Of a DNA stretch of 64,000 nucleotides, positions 42,330 to 52,004 are shown one piece after another. The notes under the pieces are model-generated. The model saw only the letters and a list, made by a program, of their open reading frames with translations, made no database searches and was not told the DNA's origin. The stretch covers positions 127,245 to 191,244 of the forward strand of contig CAWCLH010000020.1 of NCBI GenBank assembly GCA_963796315.1, given 5' to 3'. The stretch's first letter is position 1. Each line of letters opens with the position of its first letter. The stretch comes from an uncultured Actinomycetota bacterium. Its GTDB lineage: Bacteria; Actinomycetota; Thermoleophilia; RBG-16-64-13. The translations under genes were made by a program, and so were the position numbers.

Positions 42330-44704
42330 AGTACCTGGCGCTCAAGCGAAGGCGGGACGTGAGGCGGCAGCGGCGGCAGTTCCTGGCCGTGCTGGTGACC
42401 GTGGTGCTGGGGGTGATGCTCTTCGCCGCCTCCTACGACGCCTATCGCAACCTGGACGTCTCCTACCGCCGCACCTATGAACGCCTCGCCTTCGCCGACC
42501 TCGTGATCACCGGCGCGCGCCCGGGACTGGCCGCCACGGTCGGCCGTCTGCCCGGAGTGGCCACGGTGTGGGAACGGACGCAGGCCGACGTGCCGCTCCG
42601 CGTAGGCGGCCAGGTCCTGCTGGGCCGGGTGGTGGGGTTGCCCCCGAGCCGCCAGCCGGCGGTGGACCGCGTGGAGGTGACGGCCGGCCGCTACCTGGCG
42701 GCCGGGGGCGGTCGGCAGGCCCTCGTCGAGACGCATATGGCCGACCACTTCCATCTGACCCCAGGCGCCCAGGTCCAGGTGTTCACCCGGACGGGGTGGC
42801 AGCCGTTCGGCGTCCGGGGGGTGGCGGTATCGCCGGAGTACCTCTGGCCGGCCCGGGACAACCAGACCCCGTTCGAGTCGGCGGGTGAATTCGGCGTGCT
42901 GTTCGTGCCGCAGGACCTCGTGGCCCAGACCAGGGCGACCTCCACTGAGGAGCAGGTGCTGGTGCTCTACGCGCCCGGCGCCGACCGAGCGGCCACCGAG
43001 GCCGCCGTCCGCCAGGCCGCGCGGGCGGCCGGGGCGGCCGGGGTGCTGGCCCAAGCCCAGCAGGCCTCCAACAAGACCCTCTCCCTGGACCTCACCGGCT
43101 TCGCCCAGATGTCCGTGCTGTTCCCGCTGATGTTCCTGCTGGCGGCCGGCCTGGCCACCTACCTGCTGCTCACCCGCCTGGTCTACGCCCAGCGCCCGCA
43201 GATCGGTACGCTGCGCGCGAACGGCCTCTCCCGCCGCACCATCGTCTGGCACTACCTCTCCTACGGCCTGGCGGTGGGACTCGTCGGAGCGGTAGTAGGG
43301 GTCGTCTTGGGCGTGGCCGCGGGGTGGGGGATCACCGGTGCCTACACCAAGGAGCTGGGCATCCCGGATACGGTCCGCGCGCTGCGCTGGTTCACCCCCG
43401 TCGCCGGACTGCTCTTCGGGCTGGTGGTGGGAGCGCTCTCCGCCTGGGTGCCCAGCCGGGCGGCGGTGAAGCTGACCCCGGCCGAGGCGCTGCGAGGTCT
43501 GGCCCCCGTGGGTCCCGGCCGCCCGAGTCTGGCCGAGCGCCTGGTGCCGCCGCTGCGCCGTCTACCGGTGCGCTGGCGGATGGTGCTGCGGGGTCTGGGA
43601 CGGAACAAGCGGCGCAGCCTCTCGACGGTGATCGGCATCGTGCTGGCGCTGATGCTGGTCCTCACGTCCTGGGGCATGATCGACACCACCGAGATCCTGC
43701 TCCACCGCCAGTTCGTCCAGGTGGAACATCAGGACGCGGTCCTCGTGCCCGCTTCGACGGCCCCGTCCCTGCTCGGCGCGGTGTCCGCGGTGGACGGGGT
43801 GTCGGCCGCCGAGACGGTGGTCTCGGTGCCGGTGTCGGCGCGGAGCGGCACGGCGTCCTACTCGACCCAGCTCATGGCCTTCGACGCCGGCACGCGGATG
43901 CACGGGTTCGTCGGCACCCCGGACGGGCTCCCCGCGGATGGCGTGCTGGCCGGCTCGTCGCTGGCCGGGGAGCTCCACGTCACGACGGGGTCGATGCTGA
44001 CCCTCCAGCTGGCCGGGGTCTCGCGGGCGGTCCGGCTCCCCCTGCGCGGCTTCGTCGACGAGCCGCTGGGCACGCTCGTCTACGCGAGCAAGGCCGCGCT
44101 CGCCCAAGGCCTGACGGCGGCAGGGGCGGGGGACCTCTCCACCTTGGTCTCCAGGCCGGGCGACGCCGTGGTCATGGTCCGCCTGGCGGCGGGCAGCGAT
44201 CGCGCGCGCGCCCTCGCCTCGCTGCGTCAGCTTCCCGGCGTGCTCACCGTGAGCGACAGCCGAGCGCTCTACGACCAGATCCGGCAGTACATGGGGTTCT
44301 TCTACCTGTTCGTGGGGGTCATGCTGGTGTTCGGCGGCGCCATGGCCATGGCGCTCATCTTCAACACGGTCTCGGTGAACCTGGCGGAGCGGGCCGGTGA
44401 GTTGGCCAGTATGCGGGCCAACGGCATGTCCCGCCGGACGATGGCCGGGCTGGTCACGGTCGAGAACCTGGGGTTGACCGCCGTCGGCATCCTGCCCGGT
44501 CTTCTGGTGGGTTGGGCCGCGGCGGCCTGGTTCATGTCCACCTACACCAGCGACATGCTGCACTTCGGTCTGCAGTTCCGGACCCGCACGCTCGTGCTGG
44601 CGGCCGTAGCCATGTTCGTGGTGACCGGGCTCTCGCTCTGGCCCAACCTGCGCTCCGTGGGCAAGGTCGACGTGGCCCAGGTCGTCCGCGAGCGCTCGCA
44701 GTGA
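42326..44704 (+). CDS. ABC transporter permease with two FtsX-like domains (MacB-type permease)
   Basis: 792-aa intact ORF overlapping the ATPase stop. Repeated 4-TM FtsX-type segments separated by large periplasmic domains. Confidence 0.8.
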   Translation: MKYLALKRRRDVRRQRRQFLAVLVTVVLGVMLFAASYDAYRNLDVSYRRTYERLAFADLVITGARPGLAATVGRLPGVATVWERTQADVPLRVGGQVLLGRVVGLPPSRQPAVDRVEVTAGRYLAAGGGRQALVETHMADHFHLTPGAQVQVFTRTGWQPFGVRGVAVSPEYLWPARDNQTPFESAGEFGVLFVPQDLVAQTRATSTEEQVLVLYAPGADRAATEAAVRQAARAAGAAGVLAQAQQASNKTLSLDLTGFAQMSVLFPLMFLLAAGLATYLLLTRLVYAQRPQIGTLRANGLSRRTIVWHYLSYGLAVGLVGAVVGVVLGVAAGWGITGAYTKELGIPDTVRALRWFTPVAGLLFGLVVGALSAWVPSRAAVKLTPAEALRGLAPVGPGRPSLAERLVPPLRRLPVRWRMVLRGLGRNKRRSLSTVIGIVLALMLVLTSWGMIDTTEILLHRQFVQVEHQDAVLVPASTAPSLLGAVSAVDGVSAAETVVSVPVSARSGTASYSTQLMAFDAGTRMHGFVGTPDGLPADGVLAGSSLAGELHVTTGSMLTLQLAGVSRAVRLPLRGFVDEPLGTLVYASKAALAQGLTAAGAGDLSTLVSRPGDAVVMVRLAAGSDRARALASLRQLPGVLTVSDSRALYDQIRQYMGFFYLFVGVMLVFGGAMAMALIFNTVSVNLAERAGELASMRANGMSRRTMAGLVTVENLGLTAVGILPGLLVGWAAAAWFMSTYTSDMLHFGLQFRTRTLVLAAVAMFVVTGLSLWPNLRSVGKVDVAQVVRERSQ

Positions 44705-44744
44705 GGCGCGAGCGCTCGCAGTGACTCGGGCGACCGTGGTCGCT

Positions 44745-46613
44745 TTAGGGAAGGGTGAAGACGTAGACCGTGTTATCCGTGGGGATGCCCGAAGCCTGCG
44801 CCGCCCCGGTGGGTGGGCCGCCCCAGCCGTTGGGGAAGCAGATGTACTCCTTGCCGTTGACCGCGTAGACGACCGGGTTCCCGTGCCAACCGGACGTACC
44901 GTAGAAGGTGTAGAGTTCCTTGCCGCTGTCCGAGTCGAGGATCATCATCTTGCGATCGTGTCCTCCGGTGATGACGAGACCGGAGGCGGTGCACGTGATA
45001 CTGCAGATCAGCGGCAACGAGGTGCGGGTCTCCCACTGCACCTTCTTGCCGGTCACGTCCACGGCGGTGACGTGACCGTAGGAGGATTGCGGCTCCGAGA
45101 AACCGCCCCAGTAGAACTCACCGGCTATGAATTGTTGGTCCACCTTGGTGTGCTTGACCGGCATCTCGGTCAGGGGGATGAAGCAGAGCTTACGTTCAGG
45201 GTCGTAGGCTTCGTTCGCCCACTCCTTGCCGCCCATGTTGCCCGGCGCCACCACGGTGCCATCCTTGGTCGGAATCAGCCGAGGGTCGGCCTTGGGCACC
45301 CCGTCCGGGCTCACGGTACCCCAGTTGACAAGATGCGCCACCTTGAGCGCGTATACCGGCTTACCGTTCGTCCGATCGAGCGTATAGAAGTAGCCGTTCT
45401 TGGCCGAGAACATCACCACTTTGCGCTGTTGCCCGTCGATGCTCAGGTCGTCGATGATCGGGGAGGTGGTGCAGTCCAGGTCCCAGACGTCATGGGGGAC
45501 GGTCTGGTAGTACCACTTGAGCTTGCCGGTATTCAGGTCGAGGGAGACCACGCAGGTTGCGTAGAGGTTGAGGCCGGCCCGCTGGTCGCCGTTTATGTCG
45601 GGTCCGGCGTTGCCGATCCCGCAGAAGATGGCGTTCATGGCCGGGTCGTACGAGCAGGTCATCCAGTTCGGGCATCCGCCGGTCTTCCAGGAGTCGCCCT
45701 GCCAGGTGTCGTGTCCTGGTTCTCCGGGGCCGGGGATGGTGTACCAGCGCCAGATCTGCTTGCCGGTGTTGATGTCGTAACAGTCGATGAATCCGCGCAC
45801 ACCGTACTCCCCGCCGGAGATGCCCACGATGACCTTGTTGCCGATCACCTGAGGGGCCAGCGTGGCACTGTATCCCAGGCCTACGTCGGCCAACCGCGTA
45901 TCCCAGACCAGTTTGCCCGTGCGGCTGTCGAGGGCGACCAGGCGTGCGTCGAGCGTGGCCATGACCACCTTGCCGGCGCCGATGCCCACCCCCCGATTGG
46001 GAGCGTCGCAGCAGAGGATCGGGTGGGTGCCCTGCAGTTTATGGGCGTAACGCCAGAACGGCTTGCCGGTGACCGCGTCCACCGCAAGGACGTTGTTCCA
46101 CGGTGTGGAGAAGTACATGACGCCGTCGACCACGATGGGTGAGGCCTCGAAGGCGTTGTGCAGGCCGGTATCCAGGGACCAGGCCAACTTGAGGCTGTTC
46201 ACGTTGTCCTTGTTGATCTGGGTGAGGGGGCTGTAGCGCTGGGACTTGTAGGTGCGTCCGTAGAGCAGCCAGTTGTCGCCGTCGGCCTCCGCGTTCATCT
46301 GGCGGGAGGCCAAGTCGCTGGGGAGGGCAGGCGCCTCTTTGATGAGGAAGGAATCGAACCCGAGGGGCGGGAGTTGAGGATTCGCCACCTCCGCCGATTC
46401 CGTTGGCACCGGCGCGCCGCTCTGGGTGGTCGGCGGTAGGCCGATTCGGTAAGCGGCCGCGGGAACTGCCGACCCGGCGGTGGGGGTGCTGCCGGAGGAA
46501 TCGGCGCAACCGCCCGCGAACACGGCGGCGAGAAGGACGATGCCCATGCAGCCGGCGACGGTGCGGGTGCTGCTCTTTGCTATCAGGGGGGATCGCATCG
46601 CTCTCTCCTTCAT
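44745..46613 (-). CDS. PQQ-dependent alcohol (methanol/ethanol) dehydrogenase, quinoprotein 8-bladed propeller; predicted lipoprotein signal; XoxF-like D-L-D motif
   Basis: Signal peptide with ..LAAVFAGGCADS. Adjacent Cys pair HPILCCDAPNRG. W-motif repeats. ..TVPHDVWDLDCTTSP places an Asp two residues after the catalytic Asp, as in lanthanide-dependent XoxF/PedH. 622 aa, intact. Confidence 0.85.
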   Translation of the reverse strand: MKERAMRSPLIAKSSTRTVAGCMGIVLLAAVFAGGCADSSGSTPTAGSAVPAAAYRIGLPPTTQSGAPVPTESAEVANPQLPPLGFDSFLIKEAPALPSDLASRQMNAEADGDNWLLYGRTYKSQRYSPLTQINKDNVNSLKLAWSLDTGLHNAFEASPIVVDGVMYFSTPWNNVLAVDAVTGKPFWRYAHKLQGTHPILCCDAPNRGVGIGAGKVVMATLDARLVALDSRTGKLVWDTRLADVGLGYSATLAPQVIGNKVIVGISGGEYGVRGFIDCYDINTGKQIWRWYTIPGPGEPGHDTWQGDSWKTGGCPNWMTCSYDPAMNAIFCGIGNAGPDINGDQRAGLNLYATCVVSLDLNTGKLKWYYQTVPHDVWDLDCTTSPIIDDLSIDGQQRKVVMFSAKNGYFYTLDRTNGKPVYALKVAHLVNWGTVSPDGVPKADPRLIPTKDGTVVAPGNMGGKEWANEAYDPERKLCFIPLTEMPVKHTKVDQQFIAGEFYWGGFSEPQSSYGHVTAVDVTGKKVQWETRTSLPLICSITCTASGLVITGGHDRKMMILDSDSGKELYTFYGTSGWHGNPVVYAVNGKEYICFPNGWGGPPTGAAQASGIPTDNTVYVFTLP

Positions 46614-46622
46614 CGCGCGGGC

Positions 46623-48134
46623 CTACGCCGGACACGCGTCGTCACCAACCAAGCGGACAGCGCCAGGATCACGGACGACGACCAGGCCGATCGGGATCAC
46701 CAGGTATGGGCTGAGAGGGTGGGAACGAGGTCCGTAGATACTCGCCGCCGTGACGTCGACCGACACCGAGCCCACCATGAAGGGGTGCACCATGCAGTAG
46801 TACATGCTGGTGCCGGGCGCGTCGAAGCGCCGGGAGAAGCTATCTCCCGGCGACAGTGGGAGCGAGTTCCAGCTGCCGGCGGGCTGCTGCGAAGCCGGTT
46901 TGCTTGGGTCCCAGTTGTTCTCGGTGCTGGTGTGGGAGGCCTTGTCCTTGTTGACCCAGACCACCGTCGTCCCCGGGAGCACGACCAGGTCCTTGGGGTG
47001 GAAGGCCAAGTCTTTGATGGTGACGTAGACCGTCTGGGACTGCTTCGCGGCGACGGCCACGGGCGCGACTGGGTTGTCGGTGACGGCGCGGGTGGTCGTG
47101 GTCTGGTTCGGCGACACGCCCGGAATGGGAACGTCGACCGCCGTGCGGAGGTCGGGCTGGCCGCCCCGGTTCCGGATGTAGGTGACCAGCCGCCAACGCG
47201 TATCCTCGGAGAGGGGCGTGTGCGACGGCATGAGTTTCCCGGGGACGCCCTTGGTGATGATGGTGAAGAGAGCGGTGTCACTGCCCCCGCCGTAGTACCA
47301 ATCTCGGTCGGACAGCTTGGGTGCGAGCCAGGTGCCGTTGACCTCTCCGCCGTGGCAGTAGAAGCAGTACAGCTTGGCGGCCGACTCGCCGTCGTTCACC
47401 TCCGCTTGGTCGTAGGGCGTATAGGGGTTCTTGAGCGTCTTGACGGCCCCTGTTTCCACGGCGGCCTTCGAGGCCCGATCGAAAAGGCCCGTCACGTAGA
47501 CCGCCAAGGACCAGCGGGCCTCCTCCGTGAGCTTGTCCTTCTGCGGCGGCATGAAGGTGCCGGGGATACCGTTGGAGACGATCTCGAAGTTCCGTCCAGT
47601 GACAGAGTTGCGCGCGGTGAAGTCCGTGGGGCGGGGCCAGACGTAGGGGTCGCCCTTGGCCCAGGACCCGTCACCCTTGCCTTTGTCTCCATGACATGGG
47701 GCGCATTTCTGCAGGTAGTTCGCGCCGGCCATGGCCAGATCGGGAGGTTTGTCGCTGGTCTTCCAGTTCTTGTCCCACTCCCGAGTGGTGTCCAGCGGCT
47801 GAGTCTCCAGAAAGGCCAGGATGTCGTCGAAGCCCGCGCGACTGATGTTGGGGTGGGCGGGCATGGCCGTGCCTGGGAGACCCTTCTCGACGATCGAGAA
47901 GGCCATGTCCGCCGTTTCCTTGACGGCCGTCAGGTTCGCCGGAGGAGGTATGAACGTGGAGTGGGCGGGACCGTCCCCCTCTGCATCCTTGTCGTGGCAG
48001 ATCTCGCACTCGTGCAGGTAGGCATTCTTGCCGGACTGCACGTTTCCCCGCCCACCGCCGTCGAGGCGCCCTGCAGCAGGACAAAGACGGTGAGCGCGAG
48101 GGCCTAAGAGCGGGAGGACAGCGACGGTGCGGCC
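46623..48134 (-). CDS. Triheme c-type cytochrome fused to a C-terminal cupredoxin domain; N-terminal signal region has indels
   Basis: Three CxxCH motifs (CEICH, CAPCH, CFYCH). The C-terminal domain ..TVVWVNKDKASHTSTENNW...YYCMVHPFMVGSVSV has type-1 copper ligands (H, C, H, M). Confidence 0.7.
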   Translation of the reverse strand, partial: GRTVAVLPLLGPRAHRLCPAAGRLDGGGRGNVQSGKNAYLHECEICHDKDAEGDGPAHSTFIPPPANLTAVKETADMAFSIVEKGLPGTAMPAHPNISRAGFDDILAFLETQPLDTTREWDKNWKTSDKPPDLAMAGANYLQKCAPCHGDKGKGDGSWAKGDPYVWPRPTDFTARNSVTGRNFEIVSNGIPGTFMPPQKDKLTEEARWSLAVYVTGLFDRASKAAVETGAVKTLKNPYTPYDQAEVNDGESAAKLYCFYCHGGEVNGTWLAPKLSDRDWYYGGGSDTALFTIITKGVPGKLMPSHTPLSEDTRWRLVTYIRNRGGQPDLRTAVDVPIPGVSPNQTTTTRAVTDNPVAPVAVAAKQSQTVYVTIKDLAFHPKDLVVLPGTTVVWVNKDKASHTSTENNWDPSKPASQQPAGSWNSLPLSPGDSFSRRFDAPGTSMYYCMVHPFMVGSVSVDVTAASIYGPRSHPLSPYLVIPIGLVVVRDPGAVRLVGDDACPA

Positions 48135-48228
48135 TCGTATGCGTGTGGTCCTCCAAGCCATCGGCCACCTCCGACACCTTGTGAATCATGTCGCACACGA
48201 GGTACCGCCGGCTCTGCTTGAGTAAACG

Positions 48229-50151
48229 TTACGTAAACGCCGATTTTGTCCGAGGAGGGCGGCTGCTCTTGGCCTGGTCCGCGAGCCCGACCGTCAGCGC
48301 GACGCCACCCCCAGGGGAGAGGCCGCCGGCAGCTCGGCGGAGGTCACTCGGAAGGTGTGCGTCACCGGGGGCAGGCCCTGGGGGCGGTAGGTCCACCCGG
48401 ATGTCGCCGGAGAAGGGCACGGCCGCGGGCAGCAGCAGACCGAACCGGCGCGTGGCGATGGTCGACTCGGGCAGGGCGGTCAGCGGACGCTCGCGGCCGC
48501 CGACGGTGGCCAGCACCTCACCGGCGGCACCGGGGCCGCCCGGCCTGCGGTCGGTCACGTCGACGGCCATCACGGTGGCGTCGCCGGGAGCGCGCATGGC
48601 TCGCAGGGTGAGCTCCACCCGCCCCGAGGCGCTGGTCGAAGCGAAGCCCAACCGCTGGTGCGCGTCCCACGCGTCCTTGCTGGTGGAGAGGCTGAGAAGC
48701 ACCGCCACCGTGAGGACGACGCCCAGGCCCACCGCGAGCTCGAGCGACAGGCTGCGCAGGAAGGTGCTCAGCCGGAAGGGGCGCCCCTGCGCCTCGTCAG
48801 CTCGGAGCATGGGGAGCAGCCGGTAGCGGTTGACGGCGCCGAACAGGAGCAGCCCGCCGATAAGGACCAGCTTGACCGCCGAGGTCCCGCCCGTAGGTGG
48901 TCCGGAAGAGGAGGCTGGGCGAGCCCACCTGGAGCTGCGAGTTGTAGAGTCCGGTGACGATCAGGTAGAGGGTCGCCGGCAGCGCCAGGGTCGAGAACCG
49001 CTCGAGCACCCGTCGCGGCCCGTCCCCGGCGCTGTCGGCCGAGGCCTCGGCTTTCAGGCGCCGAAGTGCCAGGATCAGCGGCGGAAGACCACCCAGCCAC
49101 AGCGAGAATGCCAGCAGGTGCGTCCAGTCGACGGCGACGGCCAGCCGCGCGTGCGGGGTGACGGCCGCGTGAGCCGTCAGGCTGAACGTCAGCAGCAGGC
49201 CGGCCGCCGCCGCTGTGCGCCACCCACAGGCGCCACCGCTCTCGTCCCAGCGGGGCGGGGAGGAGTCCCAGCACCGACAGGAGGATCGCCAGCAGCACGC
49301 GTGCGATCCAGATCCAGCCGTACCTGGTCCCCAGCAGCTGGGCGACGGCCGCCGCGGGGACCTGATGGTAGAGAGGCGAGGTAGAGATCAGCTGGGGCTG
49401 CGACAGGCCGACCGGCTGCAGCAGCGCCTGTTGAGTCTGGCTCGCCTGGAAGACCAGGAGCAGCAGGCTGCTGAACACCAGCAGTAGGCCGCCCGCCAGG
49501 GATAGTCCGCGCAGGTCGCGCAGGAACCGGCTGTCGAGGTCTACCAGCGCGGCCCGGTCCTCTTCCCGGGCGCGCCTCAGCCGGCCTCGCAGTATGGGTC
49601 TCCAGACGACCAGGACGAACCACAGGGCGCCCGTGGCCAGCATGGCTCCCACGAGGCCGACCCAACGGATCAGGCTGACGCCTCCGGTCAGGCTGAGCGA
49701 CATGGGAGGGGTGACGGCCGGATCGCGCACGTCGGGCACGGGAAGGAGCGCCAGCGGGTCCACGGCACCGCCGAGGGCGAAGACGAAGCTGTTCTGAGAG
49801 GTGTCCCCGTCGCCTGGCGCGGACCCACCACGAGCCGCGATAGGTGGCGTCGGGGACCGAGGCGGGCAACGAGACCCGCACGACCAGCAGGGAGGGATCG
49901 AGCTTCGTCGGTGCCGGCGCGATCTGGGTGCCGGCGCGATCGAACACCTCCACCTGCACGAAGCGCGGGTCCAGCACCTCGCTGAAGCGCAGGACCAAGA
50001 CCGGGCCCGCCGTGCCCTGGGCCGGCGACACCTGCCAACCGATCAGCTCGGAGTGGGCTCGGGCAGGCGCCGCAAAGACCGAGCTCGAGAGAAGCAGCAG
50101 AGCTGCAGCTACCACCGCCGTCACCAGGAGGCGTCGTCTGGCCACCACCAT
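48229..50151 (-). CDS. copCD: CopC-CopD fusion copper-resistance/copper-uptake membrane protein (YcnJ-like) with an extra C-terminal extracytoplasmic domain; frameshifts
   Basis: N-terminal CopC-like domain (..AHSELIGWQVSPAQG...LVLRFSEVLDPRFVQVEVFDRAG...DATYRGSWWV). It is followed in shifted frames by a polytopic CopD-like membrane domain and a C-terminal soluble domain. Confidence 0.6.
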
Positions 50152-50307
50152 ACCCTCCCATTGCTCGCCCAAGCTCTGCGCACCGGCGCCGCGATGCCTC
50201 GGATCACATGATCCCCACTGCCGTCAGCATTCAAACCGCAGGCGGAGTGGCCGACTTCCCGCCTTCGCGCTCTCTTGTGCAGCCGCCGCCGCCTGTCACT
50301 TTGGAAG

Positions 50308-50323
50308 TTGGTTTGTTGGTTTC
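50308..50323 (+). promoter_or_regulatory. Tandem direct repeat GTTGGTTT-GTTGGTTT in the AT-richer divergent intergenic region between copCD and ccoN; candidate regulator binding site
   Basis: Exact 8-mer tandem duplication in a locally low-GC stretch (TTGGAAGTTGGTTTGTTGGTTTCGTCGAGTTTGTGAAGG) about 90 nt upstream of ccoN. Confidence 0.25.
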
Positions 50324-50411
50324 GTCGAGTTTGTGAAGGGGTAGGCAAGCCACGTTTCGACGCCCAGCGTCCGCGCCGACCGGCGCGGCGGACGACTGAG
50401 GGAGGGAGCCT

Positions 50412-51994
50412 GTGAGCGACCAGGAGGACCGGTCTGGGCAAGGCGAGGGTCGTCTCGCGCAACCAGCGTCCGACGTTCCAGAGGAGGAACGAGCAAGGGG
50501 GTATTTGAAGGATCGCTATGGTTCGGGCGCTGAGGTCATCACCGGCTTCAGCGGAGTCGTCTACGAGCACGAGGACAGCGCTGCTCGGATCTGGCTTCTC
50601 AGCAGCGTGGTGTGGTTCATCGTGGTCACCACCTTCGGCATCATCATCGCCACCGAACTGGCCATCCCCGAGATGTTTCACGGCATTCCCTGGCTGGTCT
50701 TCAGCCGGGTGCGACCCTGTCACGTGGAGGGCGTGATCTTCGCCTGGCTCACCACGATGTACTGGGGAGCCATCCTGTACTTCAGCCCCGTCTGCTGGGG
50801 ACACGCCGGCTCTGGGGCGAGAACTGGGCTTACTGGTCGGCGTGGGTCTACAACATCACCCTGACCGTCGGCTTCATCGGCATCCTCAGCGGAGGCAGCC
50901 AGGGCCGCGAGTACGCCGAGTTTCCCTGGATCGTGGACGTGTTCATCCTCGGGGTCTTCATCCTCAACGTCGTCCTGTTGGTAGGGACGGTCACGGTCCG
51001 GCACGTGCGTCCGCTGTACGTCAGCATGTGGTGGGCCCTGGCGGCACCGATCTGGGTCTCCGCCTCGATCTTCATCGAGAACGTGGTCTGGCGCCCCAAC
51101 GGGAGCATCTGGGGGGCTCCCTCCGGCAGCCTACCCACCGGTATCCACGACGTCATGATCAACTGGTGGGGGAACCACAACCTCTTCGGACTGTGGCTCA
51201 CTCCGGTGCTGATCGCGGTGACGTACTACTTCGTCCCCCGGATCACCAATACCCCCCTCTACAGCCACACGCTCTCGCTGATCTCGTTCTGGGGCATGAT
51301 CTTCGTGTATGCGGCCGTCGGCGATCACCACCTGCTGCAATCGCCCACGCCCGGATGGCTCAAGACCATCGCCTCGGCCAACAGCGTGTTCATCCTCATA
51401 CCGGTGTTCGCGTTCTTCACCAATGTCTTTCTCACCATGCGAGGACAGTGGGAGAGGTTCTTTAGCAGCCTGCCCCTACGCTATATACTGACCGGCTTTG
51501 TCTTCTACATCCTGGTGAACATCCAGGGCGCCGGCCAGGCCATCCAACCGTTCAACCGAATCATCCACTTTACCTACTTTGTCATCGGGCACTCACACCT
51601 CGCCCTGTTAGGTGGATTCACCATTCTCGGTATGGGAGTCATCTACTACATGTTGCCCCATATACTGGGCAAGCCACCCTATTCCCGAACGCTCGCCGAA
51701 TGGCAATACTGGTTGGTCACCTTCGGTTTTCTGCTGTTCTTCACCTCACTCACCATCGCCGCGTTTATCCAAGGCCAGAGCTGGTTGAACGGCCAGCCCG
51801 AGGTGAACGTGCTTCCGCAGCTGCGTATCTGGAACATCACCCGTCTCATCGCCGGAGTGATGATCTACGCCTCGGCCTGGATCCAGGCGTACAACGTGCT
51901 CATGGTCGTCGTGGTCAACACGAGGGAGCGCGTGGCCCGCAAGACCCGGAACGATGCCCGCTCTGCCCTGAGCACGAGCGGCGTCCGGCCGTGA
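50412..51994 (+). CDS. ccoN: cbb3-type (C-family) heme-copper oxidase subunit I, CcoN; frameshift near 50800
   Basis: GTG after GGAGGGAG. ..IWLLSSVVWFIVVTTFGIIIATELAIPEMFHGIPWLVFSRVRPCHVEGVIFAWLTTMYWGAILY.. matches the CcoN N-terminal helices. Conserved His pairs (..GDHHLLQSP.., ..IGHSHLALLGG..). Confidence 0.8.
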
Positions 51995-52004
51995 GAGGGG
52001 GTGT

